20,000 bases of DNA from an uncultured virus (IMG/VR IMGVR_UViG_3300023180_000043) (Duplodnaviria > Heunggongvirae > Uroviricota > Caudoviricetes): IMG/VR virus record IMGVR_UViG_3300023180_000043. The stretch is one strand, 5' to 3'. This document shows positions 7,918 to 16,345 of this stretch, piece after piece (the first letter of the stretch is position 1; each line of letters begins with the position of its first letter). Both the position numbers and the translations under genes were made by a program. The notes under the pieces were generated by a model. That model was not told the DNA's origin, did not search any database, and saw nothing but the letters and a program-made list of their open reading frames with translations.

Positions 7918-9222
7918 TTACACTCTACAGATATGTTCATAGGGACAGTCTTTACAGGTTCTGCCATACTTTTCTAGTTGCGCTGGTGGTGTATTGGCTT
8001 TTACATGTGCTAATACTGTTTTCGCTCTCCCTTGTAAGAAAGCGTACTCTGCTGGATTGTGGGGCGTTATTATCTCCATGATTTGCCCATCGTTCTTGTT
8101 AAAGTATTGGAATCTTACCTCCTTTTTCTCTAAGAGGGTTGAGTATACAGATGTCTGTTGCAGGTGTGATTCAGAGGGTCCCTTTTTCTCATAGTTCTTG
8201 AAGGAGCTGTGAGCTGCTGATTTGATTTCCACAATGTAGTCCTCACCAGCACCGTCTGTACGCCCATGAATCTTTGCATCTACATCTTCAGCTAGTATCT
8301 CAATCGGTACACCAGCATCAGTCATTGCATCTTGCAAAACATCGTGCACAGCATGTCCTACATTAAAGATCGTTCTAAGATAAGGTACAATCTTCCCAAC
8401 CTTGTCAGCTTTGGTTACCGCATAGTACAGCCGTCGATCACAAGGCGTAATGGCCATCTCACTTGGATGAAACCACCCATCATCATGAGACTTACTACGA
8501 ACGTAGTTTAAGCCGTCAAGATAAGCGTGAACAGCCTCAGCCACTTCCATAGTTTCTTTAATCTCTATACCATCAAACCGGTTCGGAGCACTCATCAGTC
8601 CGTAATCTACAGGAACTACCCCTGTTTTCTTACAGTTGTGTGTGAACGGGCAGAAGCCGCAGGCATTTGCACCAACAGTACAGTTAGGTTCAGTTGCATT
8701 GGCCAGTCGGCGCTGTGCCTCTCCTAAGAAAGGAGACAAGTCACCCTGTACTTCAAAAGTTCGATAGTACTGATTGTTTTGATTATACAGCATAAAGCAG
8801 ACTGTATTTGTGTTTAAGCCTCTGATGAATGCGTTGATCACAGCGTTTGCAATAATCAGCACGAGCCTATCTACTTTCTTTAAAACAAGCTTGTTCGTAT
8901 GATCCTTTGTAATCAACTGACCCCACTCTTGATAAGATACCGGGGTAAACTGATGCCAGATGCCTCTGATGTCAAACCCTCCTTCTAACTGAACACCATT
9001 TACCTCGATAGGTTCGTGTATTGTTGTATCTACCAAGCTACTGTTTTCAATATACTTAAGAAAGTATCTATTGAGATAGTAATGATTTGTAAGCTGCACC
9101 ATCTTCTGCTCAGGAGTCTTTCTGGCATAGGTTGGTAATATCCAGCATTTAGATCCGATGATGTCATAACTTGTGAGTGGAACTTCTTTTTCTTTGTAGT
9201 AATTAATTATCTGGTTCTTCAT
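7918..9222 (-). CDS. Cas4-like PD-(D/E)XK exonuclease with two tandem Fe-S nuclease domains (N-terminal one degenerate)
   Basis: C-terminal domain: HPSE..CDRRLYY, GHAVH, E, GRTD, VEIKS, QTSVY, CKDCPYEHIC. N-terminal domain: SKCWILPTY, HEPIE..LEGGFD, CGFCPFTHNC. The start is re-called to ATG 9222, which follows AAGGA. Confidence 0.85.
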   Translation of the reverse strand: MKNQIINYYKEKEVPLTSYDIIGSKCWILPTYARKTPEQKMVQLTNHYYLNRYFLKYIENSSLVDTTIHEPIEVNGVQLEGGFDIRGIWHQFTPVSYQEWGQLITKDHTNKLVLKKVDRLVLIIANAVINAFIRGLNTNTVCFMLYNQNNQYYRTFEVQGDLSPFLGEAQRRLANATEPNCTVGANACGFCPFTHNCKKTGVVPVDYGLMSAPNRFDGIEIKETMEVAEAVHAYLDGLNYVRSKSHDDGWFHPSEMAITPCDRRLYYAVTKADKVGKIVPYLRTIFNVGHAVHDVLQDAMTDAGVPIEILAEDVDAKIHGRTDGAGEDYIVEIKSAAHSSFKNYEKKGPSESHLQQTSVYSTLLEKKEVRFQYFNKNDGQIMEIITPHNPAEYAFLQGRAKTVLAHVKANTPPAQLEKYGRTCKDCPYEHICRV

Positions 9223-9808
9223 ATTGTCCTTCAGGGTTAAAGTTTCTTGATAACATAACAACTGGTTCTCCAATCCAGTTGGTCAGAACGTGTCCGTTTT
9301 GATTATTTAGTTCGATTGCTAAGTTAATATCGACTACGAAACTCTTTCCAGATACGTGTACATCTTCGGTACTTTCTACTATCTGTAGGGCTTTTCGTAC
9401 TAGCACAAACTGTGCATTCGCTGTCTCGATGTAAAAAATAGGCTCTTCACAATTCGAAAGAGCCCCTTCGTGTAGCTTATTCCACAATCGTTCATAGAGC
9501 CTATAGGATTCTTTTTCTGTTGTTTTGGTTTCTACTCTCCATTGATTAAGTTTTCTTCCATCACCATCCTGGTTGAGGGCGCCAGAGACGACTGTCTCCT
9601 TTGCCCCTACAAGACTGTTTCCTCTTTCTTCTCCTCTCTGCCACTTTCTCCTATTCTTGAAATGCTTGGGTTGCTCTGGTCTAAGATCACAGCCGCGTTT
9701 ATGCTTTACTAAGTCTTTTACAACCTCCCACTCTCCGTCTTGTAGACGGACTACTAAGAAACCTTTTTTCTTACAGTGCTTACACTCTATTTTTATTGTC
9801 CGCTCCAT
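9203..9808 (-). CDS. Hjc-like PD-(D/E)XK endonuclease/resolvase with an N-terminal Zn finger
   Basis: E...SGA...GD...VETKTT...SY.L catalytic pattern and N-terminal CKHC...HKRGC. Confidence 0.75.
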   Translation of the reverse strand: MERTIKIECKHCKKKGFLVVRLQDGEWEVVKDLVKHKRGCDLRPEQPKHFKNRRKWQRGEERGNSLVGAKETVVSGALNQDGDGRKLNQWRVETKTTEKESYRLYERLWNKLHEGALSNCEEPIFYIETANAQFVLVRKALQIVESTEDVHVSGKSFVVDINLAIELNNQNGHVLTNWIGEPVVMLSRNFNPEGQYEEPDN

Positions 9809-10194
9809 ATCCCCTTCATTATTTGTGACCTTGCTATCCTCTGGTAGTGTGGAACAAACTCATCAGTTAGCATCTCAAGAAAACCTTTATGGTACTGAGC
9901 TTCAAGTATTGCTCCAAGAGGGCTCTCATACTGACGACCAAATTGTGACTGATCTAGCATAAGAGCCTCTAGCTCATTTTCCTCAATAGAGGTTAGATCG
10001 AAGTAGCGTCTGTACGAAAGTTCCATGTGAAGAAAAGCATTATATAGTTTTCGCAAGTCGCAAGAACACAATGATTCAGAGACATGCTCGTATACAACCT
10101 GTCTAAGATTTGCTTTTTGGAGAGCTAGAGCAGCTTCCCACTCAGGTATTGGAAATACATCGAGATGTTCGTGTGCCCAAGATACTAACCTCAT
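9793..10194 (-). CDS. Hypothetical protein (133 aa)
   Basis: ATGA overlap with the recA stop; no motif recognised. Confidence 0.7.
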   Translation of the reverse strand: MRLVSWAHEHLDVFPIPEWEAALALQKANLRQVVYEHVSESLCSCDLRKLYNAFLHMELSYRRYFDLTSIEENELEALMLDQSQFGRQYESPLGAILEAQYHKGFLEMLTDEFVPHYQRIARSQIMKGIWSGQ

Positions 10195-11180
10195 GGGCTC
10201 TCCGGTGCGTCGATCTCCTGTATCAGACTCTCAAAATGTTCAGGGTTTTCTTTGTAGTACTGCTTAAGCTTGTTCTTTCCTTGGATTGCTTTTTCTTCAG
10301 AAGGCACAGAAAACCATCCACCGGCTTTGGTTATGATACCTCTGGAGATGCAGATCTCAATAATATCGCTGAGGTAATCAAAGCCATCTCCGTAGATAAG
10401 CTCAACCTCCTTTGATTGGTATGGGGAGGCAAACTTATTCTTTACAGTAGATAGCTTGACACGTTGTCCGATGATGTTTTCACCGACCTTTACTGATCCG
10501 ATGCGAACCATCGCCATACGACTACAGGCTTGGTAGCGCAATGCTGCACCGCCCGTTGTGGTTTTGTTTGATCCAAACATTACTCCAACCTTTGCCCGTT
10601 CTTGGTTAATCATCAAGATTGCTGTCTTACCTCCAAGATGTTTTACGAGTTTACGCATACCCTTACTCATCATCCGAGCGTGAGAAGCCATTTGACTTGT
10701 TTCTTCATCAGCCTCTGGCGACATTGCTGCCACAGAGTCTACAATGATTAAACCAGTGTTAAAGTCCTCAGCACTCCCCAGTATAGCAGTAATCAAGCTA
10801 AACACCTCTTCTCCAGACTGTGGTTGGACATGAACAAAGAGTTTATTATCAATACCCAAACTGTTTACATAACCTTTGTTCAAAGCCATCTCACAGTCGA
10901 TAAAGACAACTCGCTCTCCTGCCTTGGTTGCGTTCGCTGCAGCTTGCAGGCAGAGAGTGGTTTTACCCGACCCCTCTGCCCCGTAAACCTCGGAGATCAT
11001 TCCACGCTTGAAACCCCCTCCAAGCAGACGATCAATGGAATATACCCCTGTTGAGATGAACTCCTCAGGAGCTACCTCCTGTACATCTGCATCCAACAGC
11101 TGTGCAGTACCCTCCCCAAACATTGCGTTCAAGTAGTCTGAGAACTCTACATCTACTTTTTGTTTCTTTTTCTTAGCCAT
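10191..11180 (-). CDS. recA: RecA recombinase
   Basis: ISTG...D..LGGG, Walker A GAEGSGKTT, FIDCE, Walker B IIVDSVAAM, ARMMS, INQ.R.KVGVMFG...TTTGG.AL, VKNK. Confidence 0.96.
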   Translation of the reverse strand: MAKKKKQKVDVEFSDYLNAMFGEGTAQLLDADVQEVAPEEFISTGVYSIDRLLGGGFKRGMISEVYGAEGSGKTTLCLQAAANATKAGERVVFIDCEMALNKGYVNSLGIDNKLFVHVQPQSGEEVFSLITAILGSAEDFNTGLIIVDSVAAMSPEADEETSQMASHARMMSKGMRKLVKHLGGKTAILMINQERAKVGVMFGSNKTTTGGAALRYQACSRMAMVRIGSVKVGENIIGQRVKLSTVKNKFASPYQSKEVELIYGDGFDYLSDIIEICISRGIITKAGGWFSVPSEEKAIQGKNKLKQYYKENPEHFESLIQEIDAPESP

Positions 11181-11475
11181 CTTTATTTTCTCCTTTGCCG
11201 AGTATTGCTTCTTCTATATGCTTACGACCGCGTTCCATACTATCGGAAAGAGTCTGAGCATCCTCCTTGGATAAACTTTGTGCCCATTGCTCGATTGCCT
11301 TTTCTACTGGAGTTTTGTTTGCTTCAATCTCATCCAGAATGACATCTACAATCATTTGACGAATACTAAAGTCTTCTTGTACCGTTAGGTTATCAGGGAC
11401 AAATCCCATCTTTTTCAGGTTGTCGCTAATAACGATTGACATTGTTTGAAGCATATTGATACTTAATGCAGGCAT
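11173..11475 (-). CDS. Hypothetical protein (100 aa)
   Basis: Abuts the upstream stop and overlaps the recA start; its 3' end carries the recA RBS (AAGGAG). Confidence 0.7.
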   Translation of the reverse strand: MPALSINMLQTMSIVISDNLKKMGFVPDNLTVQEDFSIRQMIVDVILDEIEANKTPVEKAIEQWAQSLSKEDAQTLSDSMERGRKHIEEAILGKGENKDG

Positions 11476-11706
11476 TTATTCTCCGAAGATTCCGTTAAAC
11501 ATTGACTTAAGTTCTTTGGCAGCATTGTTCATACTATCCATGATTTGTTCTTGTTCCTCCTTAGGCTTACCCTTTGCCCATGTAGGCACTTCTTTGATGT
11601 GCTGTCTTGGCTGCTGTTTCTCCTTCTTCTCTTGTTGCCGTTTTTCTTCTGCTTTCTTTTCCATGTCGTCTTTTTGCGACTTTTTGTCTACGCCGTATTT
11701 TTCCAT
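11476..11706 (-). CDS. Small, highly charged hypothetical protein (76 aa)
   Basis: K/E/Q-rich ORF with an AGGGG RBS, tightly packed in the operon. Confidence 0.7.
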   Translation of the reverse strand: MEKYGVDKKSQKDDMEKKAEEKRQQEKKEKQQPRQHIKEVPTWAKGKPKEEQEQIMDSMNNAAKELKSMFNGIFGE

Positions 11707-11707
11707 G

Positions 11708-11935
11708 TTATTCCCCTGGAAGTTTAGTTGGTATTATTTGGTATGTGATTTCGTCAAAGTAGACTAACAGATAGTCTAATGAAGGTTCCACATCTAACCC
11801 TTCGTAAGATGAATGTTGGATGGCTAAGTAAGTATCCAGTAAAAAGTTCTTAAGAGCTTCTTTTGCATCCCCTTCACATGTATGGAGGGACACAGATGTC
11901 TCGTGAGGATCTGTAATAATTAAAGCATATATCAT
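11708..11935 (-). CDS. Hypothetical protein (75 aa)
   Basis: ATGA overlap with the polymerase stop. Confidence 0.65.
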   Translation of the reverse strand: MIYALIITDPHETSVSLHTCEGDAKEALKNFLLDTYLAIQHSSYEGLDVEPSLDYLLVYFDEITYQIIPTKLPGE

Positions 11936-13800
11936 TTTAGTTGACTCCAGTCGGTACCTGTATCTGGCGATGCAGGCAGTTTTACAGTTAAGTAGTGACC
12001 CTCGAAAGGATCTTCCATTACAGTTTGTATTATTCTCATTGCAGCTTTTGCATTGTTCTCCGGTACTTGAAAAATAATCTCGTCATGTATTTGTAGTAGG
12101 AGCTCTACTCCCAAGTCTTTAAGCTGTTGATTCCTCCAGCAGTTTATTAGGGCACACTTTGTTATATCTGCGGCAGTTCCTTGGATCGGTGCGTTTAATG
12201 ATGCCCTCTCCGCCGCAGATCTTAGTCCTCCATCTCGTGACTTGATATGAGGTAAGTAGCGACGTCTCCCACAGATTGTTTGAGAGTATCCTCTCTTTTT
12301 AGCAGAAGAAACCATCCGCTTCATCATGTTGGCCACTTTCTGGTTTACAGAGAAGTATTTATCTAGAACCCCTTGAGCTTCCTGAAGTGATACTGGTCTT
12401 GATAGTGCAGCTTCCATAGATTGAGATGTTCTACGAGCTCCTGCACCGTAAGAAATCCCATAGACTACAGCCTTTACACCAGATCTAGCACTCTTTGTCC
12501 ACTCGTCTCCATTCTTGTAGTTCTGATAAGCAATCTCGTAATCAAGGTCGTTCATCAGCGCCACGTTCATGATATGCATGTCCTTCCCAGTATGGAAGGC
12601 TTCCAGCATTGCGGGCTCCTGGCTGAAGTGGGTAACAATACGCAGCTCCAGTTGGGAATAGTCTGCACCCACCATGATGTAGCCTTCATCAGGAATAAAG
12701 AGGCGTCGAGCAGGAGGTGGAACATTCTGCAAGTTTGGACTGTTGCTAGACAGACGGCCTGTCGCGGTACCAACACAGTTGAAACTTGTATGAATTCTAC
12801 CATTTTGGTGACACTTCAAGTAGGCATCAGCATAGGTTGATTGTAGTTTAACTATCTTACGATAGTCAATAATCATCTGCAGAATATCATTGTCTATCTT
12901 CTTCGCTAGATTAAGAAGTGTTTCCTCATCAGCAGCCGGCTTACCACTTCCCGTTCTTTTGATGATCGGTAGTCCTAGTTCTCCATAAAGAAGCTTTGCA
13001 CATTGATCGCTAGAACTCGGATTGAATGGTTTTCCACTTTTGTTGAAGAGTGGTTTGTTGATTGCTTTACATATCTCTCCTCTGATTTGATCAATCTTTT
13101 GTTGGTTCTCCAAGTTCCATGCATTCAATAGATCCATATCAAGACGAACACCGCGCCGCTCCATTTCGTATAAGCAGAGCATCTGAGGCTCCTCGTATCT
13201 AAAATAGAAGTCGTACATAGTGCGCTCTTTATCGATCTTTTGCTCCTGCAGCAGAGGAATAAAGTCCTCATATAGCTTACGAGTAATCAACGCATCCAGA
13301 GTACCGTAGTCCAGAAACTTTGGCCAGAAGGGGTGTCCCGGCTTCAAGTCTCTGGGATTCTCATTTGCTACGATATTTTTGTATTTTGCCATTGGAATGT
13401 CATACATAGTCTCTGATAGGTAGTCCAGAGAGTGTGCTGACTCACTCTCCAGCAGTGCATGGAGGATTGCTGTATCAACAATAGGACCTACTGTTCTCAC
13501 TCCAATAGTATTTTCAATGCGATGGGCATCAAACTTAAAGTTGTGAAACACCTTGGTTTTATTGGATGTTAGTAGGGGCTTTACATAGTGCATCAGGTGT
13601 CTTGGCACAAAGTATCTTGTGTTAACATTTGGCGAGATGCCCATATATAAAGCCTGATCCTCTTGGGATCCATAGGCGAACCCCAAGGTTTCAGTGTCGA
13701 TTGCGATTACCTCCTCTGCCATACAGTGCTGTAGCATTCTTTGAATATCTTCAAAACTACTACAGTACTGAGCTTCAGGTACAAGTATGAATGGTGTCAT
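11932..13800 (-). CDS. polA: Family A DNA polymerase (3'-5' exonuclease plus polymerase; no 5'-3' exonuclease)
   Basis: ExoI DTET, ExoII HNFKFD, ExoIII YGTLDA; TATGRLSS..PNLQN; motif A ADYSQLELR; motif B RSGVKAVVYGISYG; NAPIQGTAAD; motif C QIHDE. Confidence 0.97.
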   Translation of the reverse strand: MTPFILVPEAQYCSSFEDIQRMLQHCMAEEVIAIDTETLGFAYGSQEDQALYMGISPNVNTRYFVPRHLMHYVKPLLTSNKTKVFHNFKFDAHRIENTIGVRTVGPIVDTAILHALLESESAHSLDYLSETMYDIPMAKYKNIVANENPRDLKPGHPFWPKFLDYGTLDALITRKLYEDFIPLLQEQKIDKERTMYDFYFRYEEPQMLCLYEMERRGVRLDMDLLNAWNLENQQKIDQIRGEICKAINKPLFNKSGKPFNPSSSDQCAKLLYGELGLPIIKRTGSGKPAADEETLLNLAKKIDNDILQMIIDYRKIVKLQSTYADAYLKCHQNGRIHTSFNCVGTATGRLSSNSPNLQNVPPPARRLFIPDEGYIMVGADYSQLELRIVTHFSQEPAMLEAFHTGKDMHIMNVALMNDLDYEIAYQNYKNGDEWTKSARSGVKAVVYGISYGAGARRTSQSMEAALSRPVSLQEAQGVLDKYFSVNQKVANMMKRMVSSAKKRGYSQTICGRRRYLPHIKSRDGGLRSAAERASLNAPIQGTAADITKCALINCWRNQQLKDLGVELLLQIHDEIIFQVPENNAKAAMRIIQTVMEDPFEGHYLTVKLPASPDTGTDWSQLK

Positions 13801-14990
13801 TAGACTGCCTTTGGTTGGACGTTAAATGTGTGGCATGCCCAGTGTAGGATATCTGCCACTTCTGGGTTTGATGAATAGTGCGCGAGATCGACTAGGTAAT
13901 CAATCTGTTTGGGCAAGATGTGTTCAAGTGTAATAATCGAGTGTTGGTCTCCTTCCTCCATATATCTAAGTAGATTACTTGCAATAATCTTCGCTTGACA
14001 CAACCAAGCGTCTTCATAACTTCTTGCCAAGAAAGCTTGTATCTCCTCACTAGACCATCCCTGATACCGAAGTATGTCAATAGCAAAGAGCTCTGGACAA
14101 TACTCCTCATACCAAGATCTAAGGTTAAGGTTTTTTCTCTCCACGTTTAGGTCTGCCTCACAAAGAATATCCTCTGATTGGAGCATGGACAGGGTAGCCA
14201 TGTTAGAATAGATGGACTTACTTTGGAGTAGGATAGACGTTGCGTAGTTGCTGCTACCCCAACAGGCTAGGCACTCTCTTGTATGTAGATTACGGCCAGA
14301 GTGGGAAGTATTATGGTCAATGCTTGGTCGAACCATTAACCATGAGCTTTCCTGACTTCCAACAATCCAAGGTACAATATCGGTGATAGATTCAATGTCT
14401 TCGCCAGTATCGAAGCGCAGAACTGGAAGCATTAGTTCTATTCCCATGTTCTGCGCAAATCTCATTAGATTGCCAGGGATGTGGACAATGAAAGGTTCTT
14501 GTGTATGATGCTCAACGATAAACTCAATGAGGTCAGCTGTGGGAACTCCTTTTTCTACAAACTTTCTGCTGTCGTTGTTGTTCTTGTGATAGATTGCTGT
14601 ACTTTTACCCTCTCCAATAAGTGTGTTCAAAGACTGGTATGGCCCAGGTCTTGTTGTGTAGTGAACCTGCTCCAATGCTTGTTGATAGAATCGCTCCCAT
14701 TCTGGATCTCTGAATGAAAGCGTTTCTGATGTCATACTCCCGTGCGCTTTAAAGCTGTTGTTCTGAGCTCCTTGCAGTAGCCCTTGTGTTGAGCAAGATA
14801 GAACCCCAACATTGAATACTGTAGAACTGCTACTCTGCATAGAGAGAAGAGTGCCAACCAGATGTGGATCAAAGGTTTTGTTTAGTAGAATGCTCCAGTT
14901 TGTTCCGTATGCAAATACGTTATTTTCATCAATGATTCGGACGTATGCGTTTCCGTCTAATGTAAGTAGTTTAATGTTAATTGGATCCAT
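13800..14990 (-). CDS. Hypothetical protein (about 396 aa)
   Basis: Long ORF whose TAA overlaps the polymerase ATG (TAATG). The start is re-called to ATG 14990, which follows GGAGA and lies downstream of the terminator hairpin. Confidence 0.75.
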   Translation of the reverse strand: MDPINIKLLTLDGNAYVRIIDENNVFAYGTNWSILLNKTFDPHLVGTLLSMQSSSSTVFNVGVLSCSTQGLLQGAQNNSFKAHGSMTSETLSFRDPEWERFYQQALEQVHYTTRPGPYQSLNTLIGEGKSTAIYHKNNNDSRKFVEKGVPTADLIEFIVEHHTQEPFIVHIPGNLMRFAQNMGIELMLPVLRFDTGEDIESITDIVPWIVGSQESSWLMVRPSIDHNTSHSGRNLHTRECLACWGSSNYATSILLQSKSIYSNMATLSMLQSEDILCEADLNVERKNLNLRSWYEEYCPELFAIDILRYQGWSSEEIQAFLARSYEDAWLCQAKIIASNLLRYMEEGDQHSIITLEHILPKQIDYLVDLAHYSSNPEVADILHWACHTFNVQPKAV

Positions 14991-15003
14991 AGTATCTCCA
15001 GTG

Positions 15004-15041
15004 AAAAAAATGACCTCCCACGTTTGCACTGCAGGAGGCCA
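15004..15041 (-). terminator. Intrinsic terminator downstream of the SSB gene
   Basis: Minus strand TGGCCTCC-TGCAGT GCAA ACGTG-GGAGGTCA followed by T7: an 8-bp outer stem, extendable to a GCAA tetraloop. Confidence 0.75.
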
Positions 15042-15070
15042 CTAACTTTTGTACAAGTTAAGGTGTTAGA

Positions 15071-16345
15071 TTAAAACGGGATGTTATCAAACCCGTCTTC
15101 ATCCGATGACTCTTTACGGTAAGGATTTTCAATGCCGAGAGCGGCTGCGGTGCTTTCAAAGACCGCTTGGCAGTAGTCTTCACGATCAGCAAAGTCTTTC
15201 GGTGCAATCTTTGAACCGTCGATAAAGGAACGTGCCTCTGGTCGATAGCAGTCTGCAAGATCATAAGGCATTCCCAATGTATCAGGAGTTTGTCCCCATT
15301 CTGGGTCACCAATCTCTAGAGGAAGAGGGCCGTAGTCCCCAGCATCTTGGAGTTCAGATAATGTGTCAGGAATGATTGGAGTGAAGATTACACGACTATT
15401 AGAAACGGATGGCTTCCCATTTCTAGTAGTCTTATTTGCGTTCCACTCGATTTCCCAAAAGACATCTTTGTAACTAAGTCGGCGTACTACACCATCTACA
15501 AGAACATCTTTTAAGAAACCTTTATGGCCACACCCATTGCATGTGTGGTCATGGTCAGTCCACTGCATTACCTGCTGATCTGTAGCCCCTGCAAGGTCTT
15601 GCTGAGAGATCTGATTGTGTCCGCAGTTGTTACACTGCATTCCTACAAGGTGAGTACCAGGTTGACACTCAAGAACATTACCATCTGTATCCACAGCAAA
15701 CGCGCCCAGACGGCTATCCTCTGATAGGAAAGCATTGAACTCGCTCTTCTTCATAGCCCAGTACTTTCGACCACCGAATCGTTTCTCAGATACATAAGGA
15801 TCTGAAGATTTGCACAGTGGGCAATTTCTATCGATGTGTGATGCTAGAACTGCACGGTCACCATCTTTGACAAAGTGATGCCATTGAAAGTCTACAATCT
15901 CAAAAGCATTCTTTGTGTCATAGAGGGGTGTGGTTTGGAACGCGGCTTTCCATTCTTCTGATGTTACCTTTTCACCACTTCTCTTTTTATCGTTAAGGGG
16001 TTTGAGGTTTTCATCGATAACTGTCTGATAGACATCTCGACCATCGAAGCCAGGTAATCCTTTGGTAGAACGGAAGATCTTCTTTTTCCAGTAAGTAGAA
16101 CCATCAGCTCTAGTTGCTTGTACTGACTTCCATACCTCTCCAAAAGTATATGGACGGCCAAGGAAGCGGACCACAGTCTTTCGACGAAGGAAAGCTCCAT
16201 CGCGCTCTTCCCCAAGCTCTGCTGTGCTTGGACGGAGATCAAACTCACGGAAGGTCCACGGTGGAAACGGGTCACTATTTTTGTTACCGCTGGTTTTGGT
16301 GAAAGTTTTGGGTTGTTGAATTGTGTAATTTTGAGATAATCTCAT
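15071..16345 (-). CDS. Single-stranded DNA-binding protein (gp32-like/phage SSB) with an extra zinc ribbon
   Basis: Acidic C-terminal tail SSDEDGFDNIPF (compare the SSB tail DDDIPF), VRFL strand, HIDRNCPLC and CNNC...CNGC. It lies between primase and polymerase. The start is re-called to ATG 16345 (ATGA overlap). Confidence 0.7.
   Translation of the reverse strand: MRLSQNYTIQQPKTFTKTSGNKNSDPFPPWTFREFDLRPSTAELGEERDGAFLRRKTVVRFLGRPYTFGEVWKSVQATRADGSTYWKKKIFRSTKGLPGFDGRDVYQTVIDENLKPLNDKKRSGEKVTSEEWKAAFQTTPLYDTKNAFEIVDFQWHHFVKDGDRAVLASHIDRNCPLCKSSDPYVSEKRFGGRKYWAMKKSEFNAFLSEDSRLGAFAVDTDGNVLECQPGTHLVGMQCNNCGHNQISQQDLAGATDQQVMQWTDHDHTCNGCGHKGFLKDVLVDGVVRRLSYKDVFWEIEWNANKTTRNGKPSVSNSRVIFTPIIPDTLSELQDAGDYGPLPLEIGDPEWGQTPDTLGMPYDLADCYRPEARSFIDGSKIAPKDFADREDYCQAVFESTAAALGIENPYRKESSDEDGFDNIPF

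Noticed and set aside
7918..9222. Cas4 as part of a CRISPR-Cas locus
   Set aside because: No repeat-spacer array, cas1/cas2 or effector genes in the window; the context is phage recombination.
11932..13800. Intein/intron in the polymerase, or a DpoZ-type modified-base polymerase
   Set aside because: The length (622 aa) and motif spacing leave no room for an insertion, and no purZ or base-modification genes are in the window.
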